64,000 nt of DNA from Octopus vulgaris (taxonomy: Eukaryota), in the NCBI GenBank assembly GCA_951406725.2, contig OX597815.1:49848001-49912000 (forward strand), read 5' to 3'. The translations under genes were made by a program, and so were the position numbers. Position 1 is the first letter of the stretch. Each line of letters begins with the position of its first letter. The notes under the pieces are model-generated. The model did not search any database, was not told the DNA's origin, and saw only the letters and a list, made by a program, of their open reading frames with translations. Shown in pieces: positions 13,825-27,178 of this stretch.

Positions 13825-13997
13825 CATATATACGATGGGCTTCTTTCAGTTTCCGTCTATCAAATCCACTCACAAGGCTTTGGTCGGCCCCAAGGCTATA
13901 GTAGAAGATACTTACCCAAGGTGCCATGCAGTGGGACTGAACCCAGAACCATGTGGTTCATAAAGCAAGCTACTTACCACACAGCCACTCCTACACC
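13565..13997 (-). mobile_element. SINE family A, near full length
   Basis: Head, body, internal microsatellite and tail all present. Confidence 0.92.
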
Positions 13998-14519
13998 TAT
14001 ACATATATGTATATATGTGTATGTATATATATATATATATTTATATAAAAGATTTTAATCTAATTTTGTCACCACCCCTCATTTCCTTCTGCTTGCTCAA
14101 AATCCACCAAGTTTTTAACTTTTAAGATTCATCTATTTCTCTTGCTTACTATAATCCAAGTTCTTTCCCCAAATGGTGATTTTGTTTGGATGTTATCAAC
14201 CATTCTTAACACTCAATCTTTCTCGCATGGACATTTACAATAAAATCTACTTGCTAATCTGCTTGTAATTCACTCTTCTTCATTTCTCTGTGAACCCTAC
14301 TTTCTTTCTCTCTCTCCCTCTCTTCATCCACTTTTCCTTTCTTTCTTTCCTTTCTCTCTTTCTTTCTGTCTCTGCTACACCAAACCATTAAATTCTCTTT
14401 TACAAACTCCCGTCCTATATGAAGAATATCTCTCGCTTATCCTATCTCCCAAAGCATTGTCCTAGTTTCACTTTATTCTTCCAAACTTTCTCTTGATCAA
14501 TGTAAAACAGGTTTATTGT

Positions 14520-14652
14520 CCACTGAGGTTGGCTTTTCATTTGATCCTTTCAAGGTCAATAAAATAAGCATCAGCTGAACACTGGGGTCAATGTCATCAC
14601 CCTAACCTTACCTCAAACTTGCTTGCCTTGCACCAAAATTAGAAGCCAATTT
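14520..14652 (+). mobile_element. SINE family B fragment
   Basis: atcctttcaaggtcaataaaataagc..actggggtcaatg. Confidence 0.7.
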
Positions 14653-14919
14653 TGCTGTAAAGATTAATTTCTCATTTCGCATCATGGTCTGGTTTTAAAA
14701 TGACACCTGGAGGTTATGCATACAGAGTGATTCACAAATTCCCAGCAGTCATAATTTAGCTGAAGATGAAGGCATAGCGATTACAGTTTTTGCATTTCAT
14801 CCACTGCTTGAGTGACCCATACGGTGTACACTACCAACTGACACTGTTTGCTGTGTGTGTCCACTATTTATCAGTTGTGGAACAGCCCACTTCTCACTTG
14901 GGGGTGTCTGCCACAACAA

Positions 14920-15145
14920 TTTCACATTGCTCCAGTCCACTCAGCTAGTAAAAATGAGTAGCACCTATATTTTAAAGGACCGGCCTTATCGCATTCTGTG
15001 TTACACTGAATCTTCCCGCAAACTATGTTAAGGGCATGCATGACTGTGGAGTACTCAGCCACTTGCATGTTAATTTTATGAGCAGGCTGTTCCATTGATT
15101 AGCTCAGCTGAAACCCTTGTTGTTGTAATCGATGGAGTGCCAGTT
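14920..15145 (+). mobile_element. SINE fragment with family D central segment and a different tail
   Basis: ttcacattgctccagtccactcagct..aaaaatgagta; the tail motif actcagccacttgcatgttaat recurs inverted near 7300 and 58045. Confidence 0.6.
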
Positions 15146-15629
15146 AACTTAGCTGATGATTTGCTGTTGAAGGAGCATGAGAAATGAGAAACCCGTTTTC
15201 CTTATTTTGAAGCTTTTTCTAGCTTCTTCAAATGATTGTGAACGGTCATAATGCTAGCAACATTCAGTGAAAAGCATACTCACTGTTGCAGCAGGATTCC
15301 TTGCAAGTATTACTTCTAGCATTTTATCATCTAATTTGGAAGGAAGGATACCCTCATCCATGCACATCAAGCAAATTGAAACAGTCATGTCTGAATTTTT
15401 CAAACTATCTTCACAGCAAGTTCTTTTATTCACTGCATCTTAACCATAAGTATTTTGCATATTTTTGATTATATTGCTTGCATTAGAATCTCAATGAAAC
15501 TCAAGCATCACAATGGGATGAATATATTCTTTGCTTGGCTGCATGATGTGGTCTTTATCAAGGAAATTAATATCGCAAAATATGGTTGCTGCACTACAGA
15601 AAATCTTTACGAAATCTTTACGTATCAGG

Positions 15630-15826
15630 CAGACTCGTTAGTATGCTAGGCAAAATGCTTAGCAGCATTTTGTCCATGCTTACTCTCTGAATTCAAATTC
15701 CATCAAGGTCAACTTTGCCTTTTATCCTTTCAGGGTCAATAAAATAAGTACCGGTTGAACACAGCAATCGGTGTAACTGACTCACATCCTCCCCTGAACT
15801 TGCTGGCCTTGTGCCAAAATTTGAAA
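15630..15826 (+). mobile_element. SINE family B
   Basis: Head aaaatgcttagcagcattt, ctgaattcaaattcc, central ggtcaactttgcc..cctttcagggtcaataaaataagtacc. Confidence 0.85.
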
Positions 15827-16419
15827 CCTCTGCAATGACATTCCTGACTCAATCATCCTCACTCTTCCCATAAACATTTATCATGGTGCTGAAATTGTTT
15901 TCTGTTACTACTTGGAGTTATTTGTCTCTAGAGAGTTCACCATGTCTAACTCATACATTCCATATTTGTAAAGTTTCTATTGCTTAAAGGTCTTCCTAAA
16001 TTCAACCATTTTACAGAATGGACAGGACACATTTTTATCATGGCACCAGCAGAATCCTTTCTATCTTACATTGTCTTCATGTTTGTTCTCCTGTGCTAGG
16101 AGGTTGTCTTGTTCCTAAAACACAAGGGAGAGTGATGACAGAATATCAAAGAAATGCTAAGAAGCAAATCTATCACTGAGCTACTGATATTAGTGGATAC
16201 AATTTGCTTTATGGAGAAAGTTTGCTTTTATTAGAAGGGAGTGTGAAAAAGAATAAGCAAGAGTAAACCTTGTGAGTACATAAATAACTGGAGTGAGGAA
16301 GTGGGGGACTAACTGAATATGAATTCACTGCTTCTTGAATACTAGGAGTGAGAAGTAGAAAGGTTTATTGTTAGGGATGTGTTAGAGAGGAATGTATATA
16401 TTTTTTATTTTTTTATCTT

Positions 16420-16635
16420 CTTTTATATACGTTTGTCACTTGTTTGCAGCCATGCTGGAGCCCCACCTAGAAGGGTTTTAGTCAAACAAATTGCCCCCAG
16501 GACTTATTCTTTGTAAGCCTTGTACCTATTCTATTAGTCACTTTTGCTGAACTGCTAAGTTACAGGGACATAAACAACCAGCATCAGTTGTCATACAATG
16601 GTGAGGAGGACAAAAACAGACACAAAGACACATAA

Positions 16636-16683
<48 letters not shown>

Positions 16684-16925
16684 GGCTTCTTTCAGTTTCC
16701 ATCTACTAATTCCACTCACAAGGCTTTAGTCGGCCTGAAGCTATAGTAGAAGATACTTGGCCAATTAGATCGACCCCCAGTACACAAATGGTACTTAATT
16801 TATCGACCCTGAAAAGATGAAAGGCAAAGTCGACCTCGGTGGAATTTGAACTCAGAACATAAAGACAGGCGAAATACCACTAAGCATTTCGCCTGGTATG
16901 CTAACATTTCTGCCAGCTTACCCCT
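16420..16925 (-). mobile_element. SINE family A (16420-16762) abutting SINE family B (16763-16925)
   Basis: Both match their family consensus on the minus strand. Confidence 0.85.
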
Positions 16926-19189
16926 TGTGAGAGATATATATTGACAGAAAAAACAGTTGATTGTAGCTTAGGATAAAAATAGAAACTTTAATACAACAAA
17001 ATAAAAATAATGGTAAATGGTATATATGGATCTTTGGTAAATTCAAGTTCATTTTCCAATTTTGGATAAAGGAGAAACCATTTGTCTAAATGTTCTCATT
17101 CTCCTGTGAAACACTTTGATCAAAAACAACAACAATTATGAACGGAAAGAGAAAGAATCAAAGAGAAGCTAGGTGAGGATGTAGTTGAGTTTGCAGATTG
17201 TATGAAGAGATAGAAAGTCACTGTGATATAAATAAGGAAAGGGAGAAAATGGAAAGAAAAGAAATAATGGAGATGAGAAGACACAGATCTATTGACAATA
17301 CAAGGGTAAAAGCTGATTTGTGCTTAAACAAATATAGATATAATAAACTGGAAATGTGTGAAAGGGTGTGCAAAATACAGTAGTCAAATTCTTGAGAAAG
17401 AGACCAGAGAAGACAAAACAGTTTATTAATAGATTTTAGTCTCTTAGTGAAACCTTTTGAACAATACTTAATTACTAGGTAACCTTTGACAAAATACTTG
17501 TTAGGCAGGAGAACTCGAAATATGCACAGGATAGGAAAGGATATTTATAGAACTTCCAAAAGCGATCGAAGCTTGTCATCACCATCAACTACTCCTTCTC
17601 CTCCTACAACTACTACTTCTCTTTCTCCTCCATCATATATACACTGTTATTTACAATTAAATCTCTTTCTCTCTGTGCATATATACACACACATATACAC
17701 ACACAGAGACATGTACACACATATAAAATTGTAGTCTATTCAGCCTGTAGGTAAGATAAATTTGCTTTGGTGATAACATGTAGAAATTAGCTTACTTCTA
17801 AAAATCAACAAATTGATGAGACAAAATGTAGAATTTTATCACTGGTGCTGAAGTAGCATTATCCAGTTCTTCCAGAGAATGGCTTGTCAAATACTACTAA
17901 GGAACACAATATTTTGCATTAGTTTCTGCACATGTTGAGAGAGGAAGGTAATATTTCTTTTATCCAAGTACCTTAAAAAAATATGTGGACTGTGTATATC
18001 GACTCATGTCATGTGCCACTAAACCTAAGTAACATTGTTTATTTGTGATACAATGGTTAATGCTTGCTAAATTCATTAATGGCAAGGAAAATGACAGCAT
18101 AACTTATTAATATATACCAGTTTTCCATTTAGTTTTCTATAAGAGCAACAGTTACTAGTGTATACTATCTAAAAGAAAAACAAATTGACTTGTTACTGGT
18201 AATAACTGCATTTCTTGAGCTAAAATTTTTGAACATTTTCTTTCTTAAATCTATTTAATGAAAGACCATTTATACAGAGGGAAATTAACAGGCCTTTATC
18301 TTCAAAGGTAAGGTCCCAGAGGTTAAATTTCCTCCAGGGAGATATCATCCCAGTAGCTGATGAATGTAAGTCACAGCTGCATCAGATAGTTTGTCACTAA
18401 ACTCTGCAATAAAAAAGACAGTTCTAATCTAAAAAATATTAATGAGGGTAAAATTCTTGCCAAACTTTAATGTATTAAAAAGCAAAAACTTAGAGATGGA
18501 GCAGTAAAATTTTGCAGTCAAACTTAGTAAATATATAATTTGTTAATGATATTTTTTATTTCAACTTATTGGACTGTGGCCATACTGGGGCCTTAAGATT
18601 GACTAATTTTTATAATAATTATATCTAAGATATATCCACAGTTAGTTTGCTCTCTGCTGGAGTTGAGATTACACTTGCAGATCAGCTAGAAAGTTACTTC
18701 TGTGGTCTTTAAATTTGAGATTGGTTTTGTGGAACATTAATGAGTTTTATTAATTACAAATTTTACATTTAATTAATCTTTTTCAGTTGTATATTTATTT
18801 TTCTGTATGTTTTTTGTAATGAAATTACCTTTTTAAAAATTTTAATTCTTTGAGTAAACAAATGCAATTATTAGAAAAGAATGAAGTTAGGAAGCCAAAG
18901 TAAATTCATATATTCAGGTATAAACCTAAAAGTAGATGCATATTGAACACAGATGCTTTTAGACTTGAAACATCAACTCTCACAACAAACTAAAAATTGA
19001 AGGCACCATTAATTTGAAAATATTGAAGTCAGCAACAAAATTTGCAAAAATTATGGAGGAATTGAATTCTGCTGCTTAAAGACCAGTGAAAAATTTTACC
19101 TTTACATTTCTGTCAACTTGTTGAATTTAAGAAATAAAAGAATAAACTGATTATGAAATACTGTTACCAAAGAAGTTTTACAAATATAC

Positions 19190-19224
<35 letters not shown>

Positions 19225-19225
<1 letters not shown>

Positions 19226-19722
19226 GTTATAAGGAGTAAAATTAATTAATTAATAATCAATAATTTTACCAAGTAGTTCAGTATGTTAAAAGAACCATTA
19301 TGGGTAAACTTATACATAAAATTTTTAGAATTATGAGTATAATTATAATTAGGATTCAGCAAAAATTTGATTCACACATACCGAAATTTAGAAATAGCAG
19401 TTAAAACTAGCTATTTCTCTACCATAACAAAATCTCCCAGACACCAATACTCAACGACCCATGCAGGTAAAGAGAAAAAATAACGAATCCACCCAGCTTT
19501 GATTAACTGTATATCTCTCTAACTCTGAAACGCGTATACAGTTAATCAAAGCTGGGTTGATTCGTTTTTTTTCTCTTAACCACGTGGGTTGTTGAGTATT
19601 TGCTGTCTGGGAGATTTTCTTATGGTAGTGAAATAGTTAGTTTTAACTGCTATTTCTAAATTTTGGTATGTGGTGAAGCAAATTTTTGCTGAACTCTAAT
19701 TATAATTATACTCATAATTATA

Positions 19723-19728
<6 letters not shown>
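19225..19728. mobile_element. Penelope-like fold-back element (arms ~19321-19513 / 19535-19728) with the 3' half of a hammerhead
   Basis: ~190-bp inverted arms, ~21-nt spacer running into GAAACGCGTA (19527-19536); flanked by (TA)n on both sides. Confidence 0.75.
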
Positions 19729-19774
<46 letters not shown>

Positions 19775-20849
19775 ATGAGGGAATATTATTCCAAACTTAC
19801 AGGGAAAAATTCAATTTAGAAATACTAAATCAAATTTCACAAAATATAATATATTTATATACAAATACAGTGACAAACAGCTTGATAGATAGATTAAAGA
19901 GAATCAATTAAGATTAGAATATATCAAATTAAAGCTCATTGATATTTGCTCTTATGCAACATGGTGCTGCATGATTTGAGAGATCTCTATTGTGTCTTGC
20001 GATATCATATTAATGTTGTATGTTATAACATACCTGCCTGTACAATGTTACAATGCACTAAAATCTCTTAATGAAACAATTGTCATGACAATGTATAAAC
20101 TCTTCATTTGTTTCTATTGTTATGTGTGTGTGTATGCACACTCATAAATACATATATATTTAGAGACTATATATTTAATATGTGTGTTTGTATATGTATA
20201 CATGCTTACGCACAGACACAAAAACTATCAAAAACAAAATAAAACAGATTTGCCATCTTTAAAACTGTGACAAAACATCAATATATTTTATTGAAATGTT
20301 ATCCCTAATTTCCAGAAAACATTGTGAGGAAATTCTCCAATCACATCATGTTTTTAGTATAAATAGTGAGAAGTCAGAGGAAAACAAGAGATAGACGAAG
20401 AAAAAGAATGTAAAGGAGATATAGGAGTGGTGAAGACAAGGAACAGATCAAAAAATTAGAGAAGAAATTGTTTGAAGAGAGAGAGAGAGAGAGAGAGTAA
20501 AGAGAGAAAAATTGAGAGAGATCGAAGAAAAAAGGGAGTGAAAGAAGTTGCAAAGAAGTTGCAGCAGAGAGACTGAGATTAGACTAGAGAGAGAGAGAGG
20601 AAAGAAAGGAAGATCAAAGTAGTGAGAAAGAGAGAATAAGATCAAATTTGAAAGAGGGTCAGATCAAAGTAGGAAAAGCGAGAGATATAGATAGAAGGAA
20701 TATAGTGAAAGAAGTTAGAGAAAGAAAAACTAGAGATGAATATAGTTAGAAAGATAGAGAAAAAATCTGAGGTAGTGAAAGATGAGATAGAGTGAGAAAA
20801 GAAGGACAGATAGAGATAGAGAGAATCAGATCAAATTAGAGAGAAATAC

Positions 20850-20955
20850 AGAAATTGATAGTGCGATATACATATATTGATAGTGAGATATATACATACA
20901 TAGAAATTGATAGTGAGATATATACACACATAGAAACTGATAGTGAGATATGCAT
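20850..20955 (+). repeat. ~30-bp minisatellite (GATAGTGAGATATATACAyACATAGAAAyT)
   Basis: 3-4 imperfect tandem units. Confidence 0.8.
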
Positions 20956-21005
<50 letters not shown>

Positions 21006-21398
21006 GGGGGGGGGAGACAAAATATATTAGGAAAAAGAGGAAAAATGAGAGGAGGCACTTGTAATTCAAAATCAATTCGTTGAATTGGTTTCTCAAAAGA
21101 AAACATTTAGTGAAGAACATTAGATTTTTTTTTTTCAACATTAGCAAAGCAATGTATAATTTCGCTGAATCGGAAGGAGTTTTCATTTATCAATAGCAAG
21201 AATCAAATTATATCCCCAACTTTGAGAAATTCATTGAACATAAGGAGCAAACATGTAATTTAGCTTTGAAGATATTTTATCTGACAATGGAGCAAGCGTA
21301 TTTCTACAAATCACTGGCAGACTGGCTGAACAGAACTTTTACGACAACTTGCTCAATTTAATAACATGGCGTCAAACACACACTGATGTTCTTGTTGA

Positions 21399-21430
<32 letters not shown>

Positions 21431-21599
21431 CCTCCCACCACCCCACCTTTTTTCTTCATCATCGTCATCATCATTGGCATTGTCATCATCATCATCTTCA
21501 TCGTTGTCACTGTCATCATCATCATCAACTTCTTTGTCAGCTTCTTCATCTTCTCCTCCTCATGCACTGTTACTTACAATAGTCCCTCTCTTGCTATAC

Positions 21600-21660
<61 letters not shown>

Positions 21661-21724
21661 CATGAATGTGTATATGTACATAGAGGTGTCTATCTATCTT
21701 TCTATCTATCTAATCTACCTATCT

Positions 21725-21788
<64 letters not shown>

Positions 21789-22176
21789 TGAAAGAATGAA
21801 AGAACAATAATTAAATGACTTATAGAAGAAGGACCCAGCTGATGAATTATAGCAGATCAATAGGTTTTGGTTAGAGAATGAGATATCACACACATGTATG
21901 TATATATATATATATTCAGTAGAGTGATATAATGAAAGAGTGTAGCAGAGAACTATAAAGAATGAAAAACCTAAATGTTTACATGTAGAGTACAGGATGA
22001 AGAGGGATTTAAAACAGATGGCAAATTAAACAATAGAAACGGATGGGTTTATGGATAGATAGATGAATTGTTGGTTGGCTGGTTGGCAGTTGGATTGATT
22101 GGTAGAATGAGTAAGATATAGGTAGAAAAGAAAAATGGCTGAGAGATAGAAAGGGGAGTGATGATTTGTGTATGGA

Positions 22177-22222
<46 letters not shown>

Positions 22223-22257
22223 TACATACATATATACATTTACACACACACACACAC

Positions 22258-22312
<55 letters not shown>

Positions 22313-22541
22313 ATGCATACATACACATGCAAGTATATATTTGTATATATGTATATGTGTGTACAAACACCCATGCCAGTATGAAAAAACTCTTCCTCTT
22401 TTAAACACCATATGTAGCTGGCTAGCATCATGTCCAGCAATGATAGCAGCAGCACTTCCAGAAATGGATCAGGCAGAGATAACAGCATCAACAGTAACAG
22501 CAACAACAATAGCTGTAATACAAACCAGCACAAGGGCATGA

Positions 22542-23140
22542 ATACAGAAATTTGTTGTATCTACAGGTGGACTGTTCAAGCATCGTTTTAGCAATCAGAG
22601 GTCCACCTTAAGGTTACCAGAAAACAGCGGCATATAACTGACCAGCTAAGTATGTCATTTAAAAGAGGAGGGTACACCATACATAATTAAATGGTGGCAC
22701 CTAGAGCAACTGGGGTAGTACCTCAAATGGAACAAATGATATAAGGTTTGCTTGGCCCAAAGAGAAAAAATCTTGACAAACTCAATTGACCAGGGAGTTT
22801 TTAGATTCCAAAAAAAGAAATTTTAGTCAGTTCCTTCATCAGAGGAAATTCATGTTGGAAATGTAGAGTTCCCCATTTGCTGACTAAGTAAATGGTGCCA
22901 CCGTCAGAAATCTTAAGCAAGAGTGTCATAAAAATAACCAGAACTGATGTAAGGGAGTAACTCTGCTCCAGTCAAGTTTTGCCAGTAGAGAGATTCATTC
23001 TAAAAATTTTTTTGCTTAGAAACTTAACTGACCATGACATTTTCCTCCCCCTAGTTTTAGAGAGATTATGTGCCTCCAGCCATTTGAGTCTGATGAGTCA
23101 CCTATACAGCTAAGCATTTTATAGGTACATAACAAACAAC
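22542..23140 (+). pseudogene. Penelope-like retroelement 3' end: decayed GIY-YIG endonuclease, 3' UTR and decayed hammerhead
   Basis: Translation with stops and frameshifts: KFVVSTGGLFKHRFSNQRSTLR..VCHLKEEGTPYIIKW..YKVCLAQREKIL..LDSKKE..SQFLHQRKFML, matching the PLE pattern YIGxTxxxFKxRxxNHxxSF..LK..YxIKW..CxLCLxEKxxI..LNKRSE..CRHxxKFLL. CTGATGAG at 23090 is followed by an ACCTATA/TATAGGT stem. Confidence 0.8.
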
Positions 23141-23144
23141 CTTC

Positions 23145-23212
<68 letters not shown>

Positions 23213-23217
<5 letters not shown>

Positions 23218-23638
23218 TAGGCCAATCAAGAAACGCCCATTGTACTAAGTGTATGGCCCAGAATATATTTTGGATCTATGCAAGAGCAGGTTCCAAGAAA
23301 GGTGAAGAATAAATGAATAAACAACAACAGATGGATAACGTGTCAATTCACTACAGTTGTTTCCAACAAATTTTTAATTAATTGATTAATGGAGACGTTA
23401 CATCATTAGAAAAAATCGTTTTCATCAGCTGAATACATGAACCACAACAATCAAAAACATTCAAAAACCAATGAGATGTGCATCTTCAGGATTTTATGAC
23501 CCTTGCTGGTTCATGCATTCACCTGATGAAAATGGTTTTTTCTAAGGATGTAAAGTCTCCATTAACCAATTAATTAAAAATTCATTGGAAACAACTATAG
23601 TGAATTGGTGCATTATCCATCTGATGTTCTTTATTCAT
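23213..23638. mobile_element. Penelope-like fold-back element (arms ~23312-23444 / 23505-23638)
   Basis: ~130-bp inverted arms, each carrying a hammerhead motif; flanked by (TA)n. Confidence 0.8.
23517..23605 (+). ncRNA. Type-I hammerhead ribozyme motif (PLE type); mirror copy on - strand at 23346-23434
   Basis: Stem I ATTCAC/GTGAAT, core CTGATGA (23523-23529), long stem II AATGGTTTTT..AAAAATTCATT, then GAAAC-AACTA-TA. The minus-strand copy has CTGATGA..GAAACAACTGTA-GTGAAT. Confidence 0.7.
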
Positions 23639-23646
23639 ATATATAT

Positions 23647-23964
23647 ATTCTTTTATTCTTTTATTTGCTTGTGTGATTTGACTGTGGCCATGGTGGAGCG
23701 TTGCCTTTAGTTGAACAAATCGACCCCAGGATTCATTCTTTTGTAAACTCACCACTTATTCTTTCAGTCCCATCTGCCAAACCACCAAGTTACAGGGACA
23801 TAAACACACCAACATCGGTTGTCAAGCAAAAGTTGGGGGACAAGCACAGACACACAAACATATATATAAATGACATGCTTCTTTCAGTTTCCGTCTACCA
23901 AATCCACTCACAAGGCTTTGGTCATCCCAAGGCTATAGTAGAAGACGCTTGCCCAAGGTGCCAC
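23647..23964 (-). mobile_element. SINE family A, head truncated
   Basis: Family A body and tail. Confidence 0.85.
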
Positions 23965-25939
23965 ATGATATATAAATATCACTACCTTCCTCTCTCTCCA
24001 AGCATTTCTCCTTCTTCTTCACCCTCTCTCTCAATATATTATATATTTATATTTCCATATTAAATATCTATCTAACTGTTCCTTATCTTTAACTTTTAAT
24101 TCTTTGAGTCATTGGATAGTGACCATGATGAAATACTGTATGAGTGTGTGTGTTTGTGTGTATTTATGTGTGTATATACACATAAATACATTCAAACATG
24201 TATATTGACAGAGAGAGAGGGGGGAAGAGGGAGAGAGATGAGGTTCATATGTGAAAGACAGGAAGAATTAGACAGAGAGAGGGAAGGGTTTTATGTATGA
24301 AAGTTAGAGAGAAGTGGAAAAGCATGTGAGAGTTTATGTAAGAAAAAAAAAGGGTATGAGAAATTAGTCTATATTTAAAAAAGACAAGGAAAGTCAAAGA
24401 GAGAGAGAGAGAGAGATGTTTATATATGTGAACAGCGGGGAGAGAAAAAGAAGAAAAGAGACTGAGTGTGGGGAAAACAACAAATCAGTGAACAGTCCTT
24501 ACTTCGGAAAGCATATAGGCCACCTGAGGCTTAATGAGTTTGGAAAGAAAGCAGAAGGAAAAAAAGAAAACAGATAGAAAATGGGAGTAGCATTAGGTGT
24601 TAATTAAGTGACCAATAATGCTACCAAGAAACAAAAGCAGCAAAGAAGAACGTTAAATTATGATGATAATAATAATGATGATGATAAATTGCATGGAAAA
24701 TAATGAAGAAAATGTCTAGGATAAATAAGAGAAGCAAAGACAGTATAGAACAAAAACGGTATCACCATCATCATCATCATCATCATGTCATGACCAACAC
24801 TATTGTTAGCAGCAGCAACATGTTCATCAGCATCATCATAAGAGTCTTTAATGGAATTAATAAAGAAGAGGAAGAAGAAGGATGAAAATGGATGAGGAAG
24901 AAGAAAGAAGAAGAGAGATCAAGAAGAAGAAGAAAAAGAAGAAAGGAGATCAAGAAGAAGAAGAGAGATCAAGAAAAAGAAAAAGGAGGACGAAGTGGAG
25001 AGAATATAATAATTAAAAATATAATTTCAAAAAATTATTTTGAAAAAAAAAATGTAAAAATGCAAACCAAAATACACACATACAAAAAACAAACAAACAA
25101 GCATACTTAGAACCAGAATTTATAATAGAGGAAGAATACAGGAAGCTAACAATGTGAAGAAGTCAAGAGTTGAAAAAGAGAAAAGGTTAAGTGGTTTTGT
25201 AAATTGGAAAGGTTCTTGTTTTAGGTGGTTGAATCTGTGATCCTGAAAACCTCGCATGCCATCTCCCCTAGCTTTAACCCTCCACCACTGCCACCACCAC
25301 CAACAACAACAACTCTTCACTCACTCTATGGCTCTACTAATTTGTTTTATTTTCTTTGTTATAATTTTTGTTTTGTTACTTTGTTAATTATTTTGTATTA
25401 TTATATTCGTTGTTTTTATATTTTTATTTTATATATTTGATTTTTTTAGATTTCTTATTTTTATGTTTATGTTTATTTCTACTTATTTATTTTATTTTAT
25501 TTATTTATTTATTCATTTTTGTTCAGGGAGTTCCATTCAGATAACCAATTAATTACAGTTTCGAAGTGAAGTTCATTAGCGAGAATTGGTAACCTTGGTA
25601 AAGAATCGGTTTGTTTGGAAACATTAGATCTGGAAAATATCTTTTTGAATGTGTATTCATAATATCTCTCTTCCTCTCTCTCTCTCCCCTCCTCTCTCTC
25701 TCTCACACACACACACATACACATATTCCAAATGTGCATATGTGATTGCATAAGTTTCAAGTGTGTGTGTGTGTGTGTGTATGTGTGTTGTTATAAATAG
25801 TTCTAAGTGAAATATCATATCTATGTATTTATTGAGGTGAGGAGTAATTCATGGAAGGCAAAATTAGACATCTACAATCATTAGATTATGAAAGACGTTC
25901 CAGTTATGACCATCACATCTATTTGAGTTCTTGTTTTGC

Positions 25940-26250
25940 AATCATATAGCTTTAGGTTCATTCCCATTGTGTAGCACTTTGGGCAAGAGTTTTCTATTAT
26001 AGCTCCAGGCTGACCAATGCTTTGTGAATGAATTTGGTAGATGGAAGCCCTTCATGTGTGTGTATGTATACATGTGTGTATGTGTTCATGCATGTGACTA
26101 TCTGTGTATATATGTATGTATATATGTATGTGTGTTTGTGTATCCAGTCTTCGTGCATTTCCTCCACCACCACTTGGTGACAGGTGTTAGTTTGTTTATG
26201 CCCCCCATAACTTTAGGAGTTTGGCAAAAGGAGCCATGCTTTTAAAGATA
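25940..26250 (+). mobile_element. Diverged SINE family A
   Basis: ggttcattcccattgtgtagcactttgggcaag..gaatttggtagatggaa. Confidence 0.7.
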
Positions 26251-26591
26251 AGTACACTGGAATGTTATTCCCAACACCAACCACTTTACAGAGCGTACAG
26301 GGTGCTTTTGTTTAGTGAAATTATTTATTGCACTTAATTAGGTTCGTTGACATTCTGATATCAAATCATGCTCTAGTCAAATATTGCCCTTCCATTTTTC
26401 AGAGTCAAGAAAATGTTTCAGTCAAATGCTTCTGACTATACTTTTGAAGGTGCTGCCCCAGCATGGCCACCGTCTAATAAGTTGAACTGATAAAATTACA
26501 GAATAGTGTCATAAGAATTGGGAAACTTTGGGACATGAAATAATTAATTTTTCACAGTGGAACACAGGGTTAAATGATAGCATTTGAATAT

Positions 26592-27178
26592 TAGTTTCAA
26601 ATTTTAACACAAGGCCAGCAATATCGGGGGAAGGAATAAGTCAATTACATCAACCCCAGTGTTCAACTGGTACTTATTTTATTGACCATGAAAGGATGAA
26701 AGGCAAAATCAAACTCAGCAGAATTTCAACTCAGAGTGTCAAGAAGGTATTGGAGTGGCTGTGTGGTAAGTAGCTTGCTTACGAACCACATGGTTCTGGG
26801 TTCAGTCCCACTGTGTGGCACCTAGGGCAAGAGTTTTTTACTATAGCCTTGGGCCGACCAAAGCCTTGTGAGTGGATTTGGTAGACGCAAACTGAAAGAA
26901 GCCCATCATATATATATATATATGTTTGTCCCCCCCAACATCGCTTAACAACTGATGCTGGTATGTTTACGTCCCCATAACTTAGTGGTCCAGCAAAAGA
27001 GACTGATAGAATAAGTATTAGGTTTACAAAGAATAAGTCCTAGGGTCGATTTGCTCGACTAAAGTTGGTGCTCCAGCATGGCAACAGTCAAATGACAGAA
27101 ACAAATAAATGAGTAAAGGACGAAATGCTGCTAAGCATCTTGCCTAGCATACTAACAATCCTGCCAACTCATTGCATT
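26592..27178. mobile_element. SINE family B (-) interrupted by SINE family A (+, 26748-27112)
   Basis: The B halves (..gaatttcaactcaga | ggacgaaatgctgctaagcat..) are collinear on either side of a full A copy. Confidence 0.85.

Noticed and set aside
18355-18390. CTGATGA as a hammerhead core (also at 62802)
   Set aside because: No stem II-GAAA-UH arrangement or stem I partner follows.
20768-20790. TGAGGTAGT let-7 seed
   Set aside because: The match stops after 9 nt in a GA-rich tract and there is no hairpin.
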